Part shown: positions 28,663-45,419 of the stretch, piece after piece
Layout: each line of letters opens with the position of its first letter
How positions within the stretch are numbered: position 1 is the first letter of the stretch
Source of the DNA: a phage
Direction: 5' to 3' (one strand)
NCBI GenBank assembly: GCA_027337125.1
Contig: GCA_027337125.1_3057.1
DNA length: 64,000 nucleotides
Position numbers and translations under genes: made by a program
Notes under the pieces: generated by a model
The model's input: the letters and a program-made list of their open reading frames with translations, nothing else
Database searches by the model: none
What the model was told of the DNA's origin: nothing

Positions 28663-29667
28663 ATGTTTAAAAAGTATAGCAGTCTTGAAAATCATTACAA
28701 TTCTAAATTCATTGAAAAACTTTACAGTTTAGGATTGACTGGCGGCGAATGGGTAGCTCGTGAAAAGATTCATGGTACAAATTTCTCGTTGATTATTGAG
28801 CGCGATAAAGCAACTTGTGCTAAACGTACTGGACCGATTCTTCCTGCTGAAGATTTCTTTGGGTATGAAATTATTCTAAAGAATTATGCTGATTCCATTA
28901 AAGCAGTACAAGATATTATGGAAACTTCAGCAGTTGTATCTTATCAAGTCTTCGGTGAATTTGCTGGACCTGGCATTCAGAAGAATGTCGATTATGGTGA
29001 TAAAGATTTTTATGTATTTGACATTATTGTTACTACAGAAAGTGGTGATGTGACTTATGTCGATGATTATATGATGGAATCATTCTGTAATACATTCAAA
29101 TTTAAAATGGCTCCACTTTTAGGTCGTGGTAAATTTGAAGAGCTTATTAAATTGCCAAATGATTTAGATTCTGTAGTCCAGGATTATAATTTTACGGTAG
29201 ACCATGCTGGATTAGTTGATGCAAATAAATGCGTTTGGAATGCCGAAGCAAAAGGCGAAGTATTTACTGCTGAAGGATATGTATTGAAACCTTGTTATCC
29301 TTCTTGGATGCCTAATGGCAATCGTGTAGCTATTAAATGCAAGAACTCTAAATTTAGTGAAAAGAAAAAGTCTGATAAGCCTATTAAAGCTAAAGTTGAG
29401 TTGTCAGAAGCTGATAATAAATTGCTGGGAATTTTAGCTTGCTACGTTACACTGAACCGAGTAAATAACGTTATTTCTAAAATTGGCGAAATTGGTCCGA
29501 AGGATTTTGGAAAGGTGATGGGACTAACTGTTCAAGATATTTTGGAAGAAACTTCTCGTGAAGGTATTACTCTAACTCAAGCGGATAATCCTTCTTTGAT
29601 TAAAAAGGAATTAGTTAAAATGGTACAAGATGTACTTCGTCCGGCTTGGATTGAATTGGTAAGTTAA
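28663..29667 (+). CDS. rnlB: RNA ligase 2
   Basis: 334 aa; nucleotidyltransferase motif KIHGTN; matches T4 Rnl2 length and sequence as recalled. Confidence 0.9.
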   Translation: MFKKYSSLENHYNSKFIEKLYSLGLTGGEWVAREKIHGTNFSLIIERDKATCAKRTGPILPAEDFFGYEIILKNYADSIKAVQDIMETSAVVSYQVFGEFAGPGIQKNVDYGDKDFYVFDIIVTTESGDVTYVDDYMMESFCNTFKFKMAPLLGRGKFEELIKLPNDLDSVVQDYNFTVDHAGLVDANKCVWNAEAKGEVFTAEGYVLKPCYPSWMPNGNRVAIKCKNSKFSEKKKSDKPIKAKVELSEADNKLLGILACYVTLNRVNNVISKIGEIGPKDFGKVMGLTVQDILEETSREGITLTQADNPSLIKKELVKMVQDVLRPAWIELVS

Positions 29668-29674
29668 ATAAAAA

Positions 29675-29700
29675 GGGACCGAAAGGTCCCTTTGTTTTAT
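29675..29700. terminator. bidirectional hairpin terminator (GGGACC-GAAA-GGTCCC) between rnlB (+) and gene 24 (-)
   Basis: Perfect stem, GNRA loop, T tract on + (TTTGTTTTAT) and A/T run on -. Confidence 0.6.
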
Positions 29701-30980
29701 TCATCAACGATAATTTTTGGTAGTTTAACACCTAATAAAACAGACAAATCTGAACGACCCGCCATTTTATCCATGTCTCCACCATCAATTATTCTTGCTT
29801 CTTTTTCATCTTTTGCTACAGTGTAAGGATTTGCAGATAAAGCATATCTAACCAATAAACCGATAGATGGCTGTAAGCTTTCTGGATCAACTACAACTTT
29901 AAATGCACCTACATGTTCAGGGTCATCTAAGTCAAGACCTTCTGTATACGGAGCATAGAAAATTGATCCAACAATTTCTTTTTCGCCAATATTTTCTACT
30001 ACGCCAACGATTACATAATCTAATGGGCTGTTAGTATCGCAATAAAGCGGTAAACCATTAGCTAAGAACCCGTAGGCATTTTGTGAAAGATATTTATCAT
30101 CTTCTGGTTTATGTTTTAACCAACCTGATGCAGCAAGAATCGCAGCGGCACGAGCTGAAGCAACACAGAACGTTGCAGTATAAGTTGATTCTTTTTGGAT
30201 ATGCGAAACCATTTCACATACCATTCGGTATAATGAACGACCAGCTTCAGGTGCAGATGCATAACTCAAATCAATGAATCCGGTATCAGTAATTCCTGTA
30301 ACTTTATAGCGTTTTGACACTGTAATCAAAGACTGCAGAATATCTTTATTGATTTCATCCGCCATTTCAGTTGCAAGCAAATCTTCCAGGAAATTAGGAG
30401 CATCGAATCCATTTGCTTCTAAATCTTGTGCTAATTCAACTGTGATGCCAGTTTTAAGTTTACGAGATTTAACTGCAGTTTGCCATTTATTAATCTGGAA
30501 TCTAGCATCCGCAATTTCACTATCAGAGCTTTCAAATTTGCTCGTTGACGCTGCGTCAGAAAATAGACGAACCTTTAAAAGAACAATTGCAATCTGAAGA
30601 GCTAATTCTAAATCGCTTTCTTCAATGGTAGCAAATGGTGTATCTTCTAATACTTTATAAACGATATTATTATATTTGAATAAATCGCCTTTATTGAGAG
30701 TTAATTTAGACTCTTCTGTTAATTCTGTGATTTGTTCTCGGTCTACATACCCAGCTTCGCCAGCGTAAGTAGCACCAGTTTTAAATGTAAATTCGTTATC
30801 TGGGTTAAGGTATTTGATACCGTAAAAAGCAGCAACAGGTTGATTAGTTCTTTGCGTTGCTACAATGTCAGAATATATTAATTTAGTGGTAGCGCGAGTC
30901 AAAGCAACGAGATTTGGGCGACCGATTGAGTTGCTATTCGTTGTGGTTGATTCGCGCAGAAGTTCGTTGATTTTAGCCAT
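29697..30980 (-). CDS. 24: head vertex protein gp24
   Basis: 427 aa matching T4 gp24; paralogous to gp23. Confidence 0.9.
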   Translation of the reverse strand: MAKINELLRESTTTNSNSIGRPNLVALTRATTKLIYSDIVATQRTNQPVAAFYGIKYLNPDNEFTFKTGATYAGEAGYVDREQITELTEESKLTLNKGDLFKYNNIVYKVLEDTPFATIEESDLELALQIAIVLLKVRLFSDAASTSKFESSDSEIADARFQINKWQTAVKSRKLKTGITVELAQDLEANGFDAPNFLEDLLATEMADEINKDILQSLITVSKRYKVTGITDTGFIDLSYASAPEAGRSLYRMVCEMVSHIQKESTYTATFCVASARAAAILAASGWLKHKPEDDKYLSQNAYGFLANGLPLYCDTNSPLDYVIVGVVENIGEKEIVGSIFYAPYTEGLDLDDPEHVGAFKVVVDPESLQPSIGLLVRYALSANPYTVAKDEKEARIIDGGDMDKMAGRSDLSVLLGVKLPKIIVDE

Positions 30981-31007
30981 TGCGCTTTCCTTTTGGTTTA
31001 TATGATT

Positions 31008-31015
31008 TATTTATA
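31008..31015 (-). promoter_or_regulatory. candidate late promoter (TATAAATA) for gene 24
   Basis: + strand TATTTATA 28 nt upstream of gp24 start. Confidence 0.55.
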
Positions 31016-31032
31016 CCATAAAAACAACTAAA

Positions 31033-31048
31033 GGGACCCGAAGGTCCC
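31033..31048 (-). terminator. hairpin terminator after gene 23 (GGGACC-UUCG-GGUCCC on - strand)
   Basis: + strand GGGACCCGAAGGTCCC; on - strand followed by TTTAGTTGTTTTT. Confidence 0.6.
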
Positions 31049-31063
31049 TTAAATCGTCAAAGA

Positions 31064-32629
31064 TTAGATACCTTTAACATATACACGGCGGAAGTAAGCG
31101 TTTTTACCAAGGCTATTCAGAATAGAAGGCATACCGCTCTGGATGCGAGAAGCCGGAGCCTGAGCAGCGGATTCTGCAAATGGGTTGATACCGATACCGT
31201 AACGAGTTTTGAATCCCATTACTGGTTGGAAGTTCTTCGGATCGGAACCACGCAGCGGAGTCAGAGCTACATATGGAGCATAGTAAATACCAGCATCCAT
31301 TTCGTTCGGACCTTTATAACCTACAGTGAAATAATCCTGTTTAGCATACTGGTCGATATATACACGGTATTTACCACCCAGAACGCCAGCAAATACTGAC
31401 TTGGTAGTATCAGTGTTAAAGCCGGTAGCCAGACCCTGTGCAGCATAAGAAATGCCAGTATCAACTGAAGCCAGAACGTTAACTACGTTACGGGAAGCGA
31501 TAATGAAGTTACCTTCACCACGACCGGTCTGACGAGCAATTTCAACTGCTTCTTTGTCAATCTGGAACAACAGAGCTTTAAAGGATTCACCCGCCCAGCG
31601 AGCACCACGAATATCAATCGGATCCTGGAAGTCAAATACACCAGCTTTAGAACCTGGAGTCAGGGTCATACCAGATTTACCAACCTGAGCTGAGTAGTTA
31701 ATCCAATCAACAACTTCACGGTTAATTTCCAGCATGATTTCGGTAGCCAGAATACCAGACAGTTCAGCATCAGCATCCATACCGTGAACAGCGCGGAGGT
31801 CTTGTGCTAATTCGATAGAGTAAGCAGCTTTCAGCTGACGAGATTTAGCTTCGATAACTTGTTTATCGATACGGAAGCCCATTTCATTCCATGGGTTATC
31901 GGTGGAACCGTTGAAACTTTCCTGAAGTTCAGCGATAGAAGTAGCCATACCTTCAGCGATTTCTACCAGTGCACCAGCTTCCATTTGTTTCTTAATTTCA
32001 GCATCTAATTTAGCTGCATCAGTTGCGCCAGCATCGATTGTTACTACAGCAGAAGCCTGCAGATACACAGTACCAGTGTCCTGGAAGAAGTGAGTATAGA
32101 TATCACCTACTGTGGTTTGTGTGCTAGCAGCCAGAGCTGTGAATTTCTTAGCAGCACCCTGACCAGAGAACATTGCATCTGGACCATACATTGGGTGGAA
32201 TGCTTCTTTAGCACCGGCAGCGATTGGGTCTTTACCATATACTGCGCGCAGTGCGAATACCTGACCGGTCGGGCTGTTCATCGGCTGAACACCGCAAATA
32301 TCGAAAGCAATCAGGTTAGGAATAGCACGACGTACCATACCCATAACAGCTGGGCCAATCTGAGTTACTGCGCCAGAAGTCTGACCAGCAGCGATGTTAG
32401 TAGCGTTGTAACCATGGTCACCACCGATTTCAGCTTCTGTTAAGAAAGAACCGAATGCCTGAGCAATTTTTTCGTCTTTGTACTCTGGAGCTGTCTGGAA
32501 ATCTTTTTCCTGGTTTTCAAAGATTTTAGCGATAATCGCTTGTTTGCTATTAGCAATTTCCGGTAAACCTTCACCTTCCAGTAATGGCTTCCATTTGTTC
32601 AAAAGTTCAGCTTTAGTTTTGATAGTCAT
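31064..32629 (-). CDS. 23: major capsid protein gp23
   Basis: 521 aa matching T4 gp23 length; abundant structural-protein composition; synteny 24-23-22-21. Confidence 0.95.
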   Translation of the reverse strand: MTIKTKAELLNKWKPLLEGEGLPEIANSKQAIIAKIFENQEKDFQTAPEYKDEKIAQAFGSFLTEAEIGGDHGYNATNIAAGQTSGAVTQIGPAVMGMVRRAIPNLIAFDICGVQPMNSPTGQVFALRAVYGKDPIAAGAKEAFHPMYGPDAMFSGQGAAKKFTALAASTQTTVGDIYTHFFQDTGTVYLQASAVVTIDAGATDAAKLDAEIKKQMEAGALVEIAEGMATSIAELQESFNGSTDNPWNEMGFRIDKQVIEAKSRQLKAAYSIELAQDLRAVHGMDADAELSGILATEIMLEINREVVDWINYSAQVGKSGMTLTPGSKAGVFDFQDPIDIRGARWAGESFKALLFQIDKEAVEIARQTGRGEGNFIIASRNVVNVLASVDTGISYAAQGLATGFNTDTTKSVFAGVLGGKYRVYIDQYAKQDYFTVGYKGPNEMDAGIYYAPYVALTPLRGSDPKNFQPVMGFKTRYGIGINPFAESAAQAPASRIQSGMPSILNSLGKNAYFRRVYVKGI

Positions 32630-32647
32630 TTGTGTTAACCTTTAAAA

Positions 32648-33457
32648 TTAGAAACGAGATGCGACTTTCGCATATACACTTACAATATCTTCTGCACCGG
32701 GTGCAGCTTTATCTTCTACAGCTTCAGTGACGAAATTCAGTCCGGCTGCTTCAGTATCAGGAGTATTTATACCCTCAGTAATAGTGCTTTCATCTTTATT
32801 AGACTTCTTCACCATTTCTACGATGGCACTCAATTTACTTGAGAATTCATCTGAATAATCCATACCTTCGACCAGAGCAGAGACTTTTTCTTTTTGAGAC
32901 TCAGTCAGATCTTTAGTACTTTCGCTCAATGCCACTTCACGCTGCACATAATTGATATATGCGTCGCGCATATTGAGTTCTTCGAACAGACGAGCTGATT
33001 CTTCTTTATGTTCTTGCAGCTCTTCTTCCATTTCAGCCACAACATCAACTGATTCTTCTGGAACAACAACGTTGTGTTCAACAAAGAGCTCTTTTAATCC
33101 ACCAAGCATGGATTCAAACAGTTCGGCTTTGATGCCTTTATCAACTGCTAATTTATTTTCAGCGAGCCATTCTTTCGCAAGATGGTCGATGAATTTAGAA
33201 GCTTGCTCAGCGATTTTCTTCTCAGCTTTTTCTTCGGCTTCTTCTTTATTTTTTTCTACTTCTTCTTCTGCTTTTTCAGCAATTTTAGCGATATGAGATT
33301 CAGCTAATTTAACGGCGTGCTGCTTGACGGTAGCTTCGAATACAGTGCCGAAAGTTTCTTTTGCTTCCGGAGAAATATTAACTGATTCGAAAATACTATC
33401 AAGAGCAACGGAAGCATCAATTTTTTGCGCTTCAGCAATCAGTTGTTCTTTAAGCAT
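32648..33457 (-). CDS. 22: prohead core scaffold protein gp22
   Basis: 269 aa, highly charged coiled-coil-like (EEEVEKNKEEAEEKAEKK); matches T4 gp22. Confidence 0.85.
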   Translation of the reverse strand: MLKEQLIAEAQKIDASVALDSIFESVNISPEAKETFGTVFEATVKQHAVKLAESHIAKIAEKAEEEVEKNKEEAEEKAEKKIAEQASKFIDHLAKEWLAENKLAVDKGIKAELFESMLGGLKELFVEHNVVVPEESVDVVAEMEEELQEHKEESARLFEELNMRDAYINYVQREVALSESTKDLTESQKEKVSALVEGMDYSDEFSSKLSAIVEMVKKSNKDESTITEGINTPDTEAAGLNFVTEAVEDKAAPGAEDIVSVYAKVASRF

Positions 33458-33484
33458 TTTGTAGTCCTGTTGTTTAGATAATAA

Positions 33485-33492
33485 TATTTATA
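33485..33492 (-). promoter_or_regulatory. candidate late promoter (TATAAATA) for gene 22, inside 3' end of gene 21
   Basis: + strand TATTTATA 28 nt upstream of gp22 start. Confidence 0.5.
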
Positions 33493-34126
33493 ACGCTTTT
33501 TTCATGGCCTCTGCGAGAGCCATATAGGCGTCATCGGCACTTGTATCGGCTTCCGCCGTCTGTGATTCGGTAATTTCCTTAGGAGTTACCCATGCATCTG
33601 GAGCACTTGGACCCCATACTGCATCAACACCTACAGTTAATTTGAATCCTTCGTTTACGATACGATAACCTTTATTTGTGTCAGTCAATGAACCTAATCC
33701 ACGAGAAGAAACTCCTGGAATCCATCCGGCACGAATATTAGCTGCTAATTTATCTCCAGGACCGTGGTCACCTTCAATAACACGAGCTCGTCCGTATACG
33801 TCATTTCCTTTCCACCACATATCTTCTATAATGATAGCGGCTTGCATCGGGTCAACATTAGCGCGTGGAGGATGATTTAATTCTCCGAGAGCTTGTTTAG
33901 TTAAAACTTGCTCATTAATATAGTCTTTTACCGCTTTTTCTAATATGCGTTTTGGATAAAGACGTTTATTTCTATTGACGACTTCTGCTTGCATGAATAT
34001 TCCTTCGATGTATAAACCCGGTTTTAAACCTAAGTCTTTTCCATCGTGGGATTCAAGCATTGGCACACCATCAATAATTTCGCCAGGTTGACCCCAAGTT
34101 TCAATTAGTAATTGGGGTTCATTCAT
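33488..34126 (-). CDS. 21: prohead protease gp21
   Basis: 212 aa matching T4 gp21 length; synteny. Confidence 0.9.
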   Translation of the reverse strand: MNEPQLLIETWGQPGEIIDGVPMLESHDGKDLGLKPGLYIEGIFMQAEVVNRNKRLYPKRILEKAVKDYINEQVLTKQALGELNHPPRANVDPMQAAIIIEDMWWKGNDVYGRARVIEGDHGPGDKLAANIRAGWIPGVSSRGLGSLTDTNKGYRIVNEGFKLTVGVDAVWGPSAPDAWVTPKEITESQTAEADTSADDAYMALAEAMKKAL

Positions 34127-34551
34127 TAGCTTAATCCTAATGCTTTACGGCGTTTAAGAGCTTTTTTACGCTTACGCTGAGCACGAGATTGACCTGCTGG
34201 ATTGGCAATCTTCGTTTTGGTAGCTTTGCGAGCAATTTGTCTACGTTTTGCTTTAGACAGCCCAGTGGTTTGAAATGCATTACGTTCGCGTGTTTTGCGG
34301 TCTTTAGTACGTGTAATTTCACCACGAGCTGAAACGTGCTTAACAATGAATTCATTTAACGGCATGTTTTCATTAATAGAAGCTAATGCAACTGCTAAAT
34401 CAGTTTCATCATCAAGCATATTCTCGACAATTGTATTTATATCGTCTTTATTTAAAGCAGAAGACAATTCGTCAAAGCGACCCTGTGCTTCAGGAATAAG
34501 TGCTTCGACATTCTCGAGAACTAATTCATGAGTTTCAGGGATCAGAAGCAT
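34126..34551 (-). CDS. 68: prohead core protein gp68
   Basis: 141 aa matching T4 gp68; basic C-terminus. Confidence 0.7.
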
Positions 34552-34780
34552 TATTCATCATCCTCGTCTTCGTCATCTTCGTCTTTTTTGTCGTCTTTAT
34601 CATCACCGTCTTCGTCATCATCCTCGTCTTCAGGTTCTTCACCTTCGATTAAGAAATTACGAGCGATAGCGATTTTTTCTTCTTTAATTAAATCAATCGT
34701 TCTTGCAGCCATGGCTTCAGCAAATAATTTACGAGCGGCTACGAGGTCGTTTGATTTAATAGCTTCAATTAAACCTTCCA

Positions 34781-34781
<1 letters not shown>
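34551..34781 (-). CDS. 67: prohead core protein gp67 with poly-acidic tail
   Basis: 76 aa; C-terminal [28 protein letters not shown]; position between 20 and 68. Confidence 0.7.
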
Positions 34782-36406
<1,625 letters not shown>

Positions 36407-36438
36407 TTAAGCAGGATGGGGATTTCTCCCCATTCATT

Positions 36439-36930
36439 TTATTCCCAATAATCGAGAGCGAGAGTTACTTCAAAGGTTTGGATTTCATTGTTTGAATCCC
36501 AATCTAACTGAAGTTCACCCACGTTAGTAGGCCACAGGCCTTTAATTTCGACTTCTTTTGTTACAGTTTTAGCGTCACGAGCATATTGGCGTACAATAGC
36601 ACTCTTTTTATACTCTGCTGGTTTTCCACCAGTAATTTCGTTTCCTTGCCCAGCAGCAATGCTTTGCCAGTCAACAAACTTCTGGCGTGCATCATGCGCC
36701 TCATCATTCATTACTGTAATAGTCCAGTCATCGAATGTACGATCGCCTGCTACGTTAATTTTACGGTTCATAAATCCGACTGGAATTTTTTCTACAATAC
36801 CAGCTGGTAAAGCAGTGGCTTTACATTGAAACGTAAAATTTTGTCCAAGATAAGAAATTTCTACTTGGAATAAGTTAGGTCGAGCAAAATCACCAGATTC
36901 AAACGCTCGTGTTACATCATCTACAAACAT
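36439..36930 (-). CDS. 19: tail tube protein gp19
   Basis: 163 aa matching T4 gp19. Confidence 0.9.
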   Translation of the reverse strand: MFVDDVTRAFESGDFARPNLFQVEISYLGQNFTFQCKATALPAGIVEKIPVGFMNRKINVAGDRTFDDWTITVMNDEAHDARQKFVDWQSIAAGQGNEITGGKPAEYKKSAIVRQYARDAKTVTKEVEIKGLWPTNVGELQLDWDSNNEIQTFEVTLALDYWE

Positions 36931-36944
36931 ATTAGCCTCTGTAG

Positions 36945-37011
36945 TATTTATATCCCTATGTTTAACCTAGGGCATATAGAATTAAAGAATTAAGGATATA
37001 GTGTATTTATA
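36945..37011 (-). promoter_or_regulatory. two candidate late promoters (TATAAATA) upstream of gene 19
   Basis: + strand TATTTATA at 36945-36952 and 37004-37011; second abuts GGCCTG-ccgaaa-CAGGCC hairpin. Confidence 0.5.
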
Positions 37012-37037
37012 TGGCCTGCCGAAACAGGCCTTTAGAA

Positions 37038-37676
37038 TCATTCTAGTAAATCCCAAAGATCTACGCTATTTCTTTTTGACTTTTCTCGGTTAGATTCCCA
37101 AGTGATTATTTCTAAATTTTTTACGCTTGCTATAATTTCCGGTGGAATTAAATTATCAAATCCATATTTGATAGATACTTTATGATCGAGTTGGTAAGCA
37201 CCTTCTACACCACACACTCCTATTTTATCAGCATTCGGCCATTTTGACCAAATTTTTCTTATTTTAGCTGACTTAGTTATAGAATGAACTCTACTAGCAT
37301 ATAATGCAAACTCTTTTCTTTTACCAGTCCATCGAGGATGTTTATCGCCTCTTTGCCATGGTCTGCTTATTCCAGATTGAACTTCCGAATTTTTAATAGC
37401 AACTTGTTTAATGCTACATTTTCTACATGCGTGGGTGGGTGTTCTATTTAAAAGCTGAATGCTTCTACTAAATTTAACACCACACAAATCGCATTTAGCG
37501 TCAACTATTTTATTACTATTCTTTGGCATTAATTCTATTGGAACAGATATTGTATCATGATATGATACTTTATATCCCAGAATTGTCGACCACATTTTTG
37601 AATGATTTCTTGGTTTTATTGTAACAAACTTAGAAATAATCACTTGTTTCCTCGATAATAGGGGCCGAAGCCCCAT
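37038..37676 (-). CDS. freestanding HNH-family endonuclease with N-terminal Cys4 zinc finger
   Basis: About 212 aa from ATG (214 from TTG at 37682); CDLCG...CRKC zinc motif; C-terminal QLDHKVSIKYGFDN...NLEIITWESNREK His-Me finger-like; inserted between genes 18 and 19. Confidence 0.72.
   Translation of the reverse strand: MGLRPLLSRKQVIISKFVTIKPRNHSKMWSTILGYKVSYHDTISVPIELMPKNSNKIVDAKCDLCGVKFSRSIQLLNRTPTHACRKCSIKQVAIKNSEVQSGISRPWQRGDKHPRWTGKRKEFALYASRVHSITKSAKIRKIWSKWPNADKIGVCGVEGAYQLDHKVSIKYGFDNLIPPEIIASVKNLEIITWESNREKSKRNSVDLWDLLE
37661..37674 (-). promoter_or_regulatory. UUCG tetraloop hairpin overlapping start codon of the HNH gene (possible translational occlusion)
   Basis: - strand reads AUG-GGG-CUU-CGG-CCC-C; stem GGGGC/GCCCC includes the G of AUG. 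Confidence 0.5.
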
Positions 37677-37686
37677 AATCAATCAA

Positions 37687-39666
37687 TTAACCTGCAAGAC
37701 CAGTCAACTCATCGAAATCTGCACCAGTAGCAGTTGCGACGAAATTAAGTTGGATATAATTTATACTACGAGCCGGTTGGATGTAGAATGTTGCAACAAA
37801 CTCATTTCTATCAATTACTGACGGAGTATTATTTGTTGTATCGCAAACTACACGATATTCATAAATTCCACCGAGAGCTTTAATTCCCTGTAAGTATTGG
37901 GCAGTTTCTGTGCGGAATGATGAACGAGTAAACGCGTTGTTTAATTCGAACAAACGATATTTTGAACTACGTCCGATATTCGTTTTCAACATATTAAACA
38001 GACGGCGAACGTTAATACGATCAAATGGAGAAGGAACAGAAGTAGCTGTTTTATCACCATACAATACGTAACCATCACCACCGGTACCAGTTACAGGGTT
38101 AATAGCTTCTTGATATAAGCGGTCACGCTGAGATTGGCGAGTTTCAATAGCAAGTTTAATAACGTTCAGAATTTGACCACGATTATAACCAGCTGGTGAC
38201 ATCCAAGTTTGAGAAACATTATCAGTTCTTGCGCACAATCCAGCAATATCAGCTGCTAATGGAACCCAACGATTCACATCATTATATTTGTCATACTGAT
38301 ATTTGTAGTTACCATCAATTGCTGCATAGGTTGAACTAATATTAAAGTTATTATCAGTATATGAACCTGCGGCAGTTCTCCAGTTAACTAAATTATCTAC
38401 TGCACGAGTTACAGGAATTCCAACTACAGTTTCACGTGGAGGAGAGCACAATACTAAGCAATCTTGACGAGCATCACCAATTGAAACAACATGTTTTTGA
38501 ACAGTAGATGCTGTTTCAAGAGATTCACCGGCACAAGAACCAGCAATAAACAACTGAACATCTACAGATTCACGGTCAGCAAAGAAGTCCCATGCTTCCA
38601 TCAAATCTCCTGCTGTTACTTCAGCATTTGATGATAACCCACCAGACAGAGTTAAAATTCCAGAGAATCCTTCTGGCCAGTTTTGTGCAGTTGCAAAAAT
38701 ATATTCTGAACCACCTTTTGCGAAAAAGTCATCGATATAGATGTTACTATCGTAAATATCTTTTTCACCACGCTTAGTTGAAAGAACAATGCTTTGAACA
38801 ATAGCATCATTTCGACGAACTATAATTGCGTACTGTGAGTCAGTCTGCGGTCCATATCCAAACACTGCCTTGGCAGTAGATGCACGAGTACCACCACCTG
38901 GATAAATTGGGAGTAATGCAGAAGCGCCTTTCGCGTAGTCAGCTTTAGATACGATTTCAATTTCAATTTTATCGCCTAATTCGCCTGGATAAAGAGCTAC
39001 TACTCCTGGAATTCCATATTTTTTAAGATTTTCCTGAAAATCAACAGCTGTTATAGCAGCTTCAGCATTTTCAATTTCAGCTAATAAAATACCAGAATCA
39101 GTAATAATTTTTCCAAGAGTTATTACTGCAGCTAAACCAGAGGAAGATGAAGAAACTTCAGCGGTCCAGTTAGAACCTAATTCCGGATATTCACCGACTT
39201 CTTTCGCTTTAGCGATAATTTTTGCAGTAGGAATATTAATTTTCTTAATTTTTCCATCAGCATCTACTTCGGTAATTTTACCTTCCGTTTCAATGTCTTC
39301 TGAAACATACTTAACTGTGATTTTATCTCCAACCGCGTAGTTACTACCTGGGGTAGAAATAGTGTATTCAATATTACCAGCAATCGGAGATGAGTTTTTA
39401 GCGGTATCTCTATCGACAGCACGCACAACTCGCAAATCATTTCCATATTGTAAGAAATTCATTGCAGACATAAAATAGTCAGCAGTTTCAGCTGTAGGTT
39501 GACCAAAAGTATTAACTAAATCTACTTCATTTGTAACCTGTTTAATTTGAAAAGCAGGACCCCACTGGAATTTACCGGCCAAAGCTGCTGTACCAGTAGA
39601 GTTATTAACCACGGTGCTTTGAACCGTAGTTTCTTTGAGCTCAATGCCCGGAGATAATAAAGTCAT
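37687..39666 (-). CDS. 18: tail sheath protein gp18
   Basis: 659 aa matching T4 gp18. Confidence 0.95.
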   Translation of the reverse strand: MTLLSPGIELKETTVQSTVVNNSTGTAALAGKFQWGPAFQIKQVTNEVDLVNTFGQPTAETADYFMSAMNFLQYGNDLRVVRAVDRDTAKNSSPIAGNIEYTISTPGSNYAVGDKITVKYVSEDIETEGKITEVDADGKIKKINIPTAKIIAKAKEVGEYPELGSNWTAEVSSSSSGLAAVITLGKIITDSGILLAEIENAEAAITAVDFQENLKKYGIPGVVALYPGELGDKIEIEIVSKADYAKGASALLPIYPGGGTRASTAKAVFGYGPQTDSQYAIIVRRNDAIVQSIVLSTKRGEKDIYDSNIYIDDFFAKGGSEYIFATAQNWPEGFSGILTLSGGLSSNAEVTAGDLMEAWDFFADRESVDVQLFIAGSCAGESLETASTVQKHVVSIGDARQDCLVLCSPPRETVVGIPVTRAVDNLVNWRTAAGSYTDNNFNISSTYAAIDGNYKYQYDKYNDVNRWVPLAADIAGLCARTDNVSQTWMSPAGYNRGQILNVIKLAIETRQSQRDRLYQEAINPVTGTGGDGYVLYGDKTATSVPSPFDRINVRRLFNMLKTNIGRSSKYRLFELNNAFTRSSFRTETAQYLQGIKALGGIYEYRVVCDTTNNTPSVIDRNEFVATFYIQPARSINYIQLNFVATATGADFDELTGLAG

Positions 39667-39694
39667 TTTTAATCCTCTTTAATATGCTTTAATA

Positions 39695-42835
<3,141 letters not shown>

Positions 42836-42876
42836 GATTTCTCCTAATCTGGGCTTTAATTAGTTTATAATATTTA

Positions 42877-45387
<2,511 letters not shown>

Positions 45388-45400
45388 TTAAAAATCCTTT

Positions 45401-45416
45401 GGGGCCTTGCGGCCCC
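45401..45416 (-). other. tetraloop hairpin after wac (GGGGCC-GCAA-GGCCCC on - strand)
   Basis: + strand GGGGCCTTGCGGCCCC between wac stop and gene 13 start; weak U tract. Confidence 0.45.
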
Positions 45417-45419
45417 ATG

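Noticed and set aside
32952-33296. 114-aa Ser-rich ORF on + strand
   Set aside because: Antisense shadow ORF within gene 22
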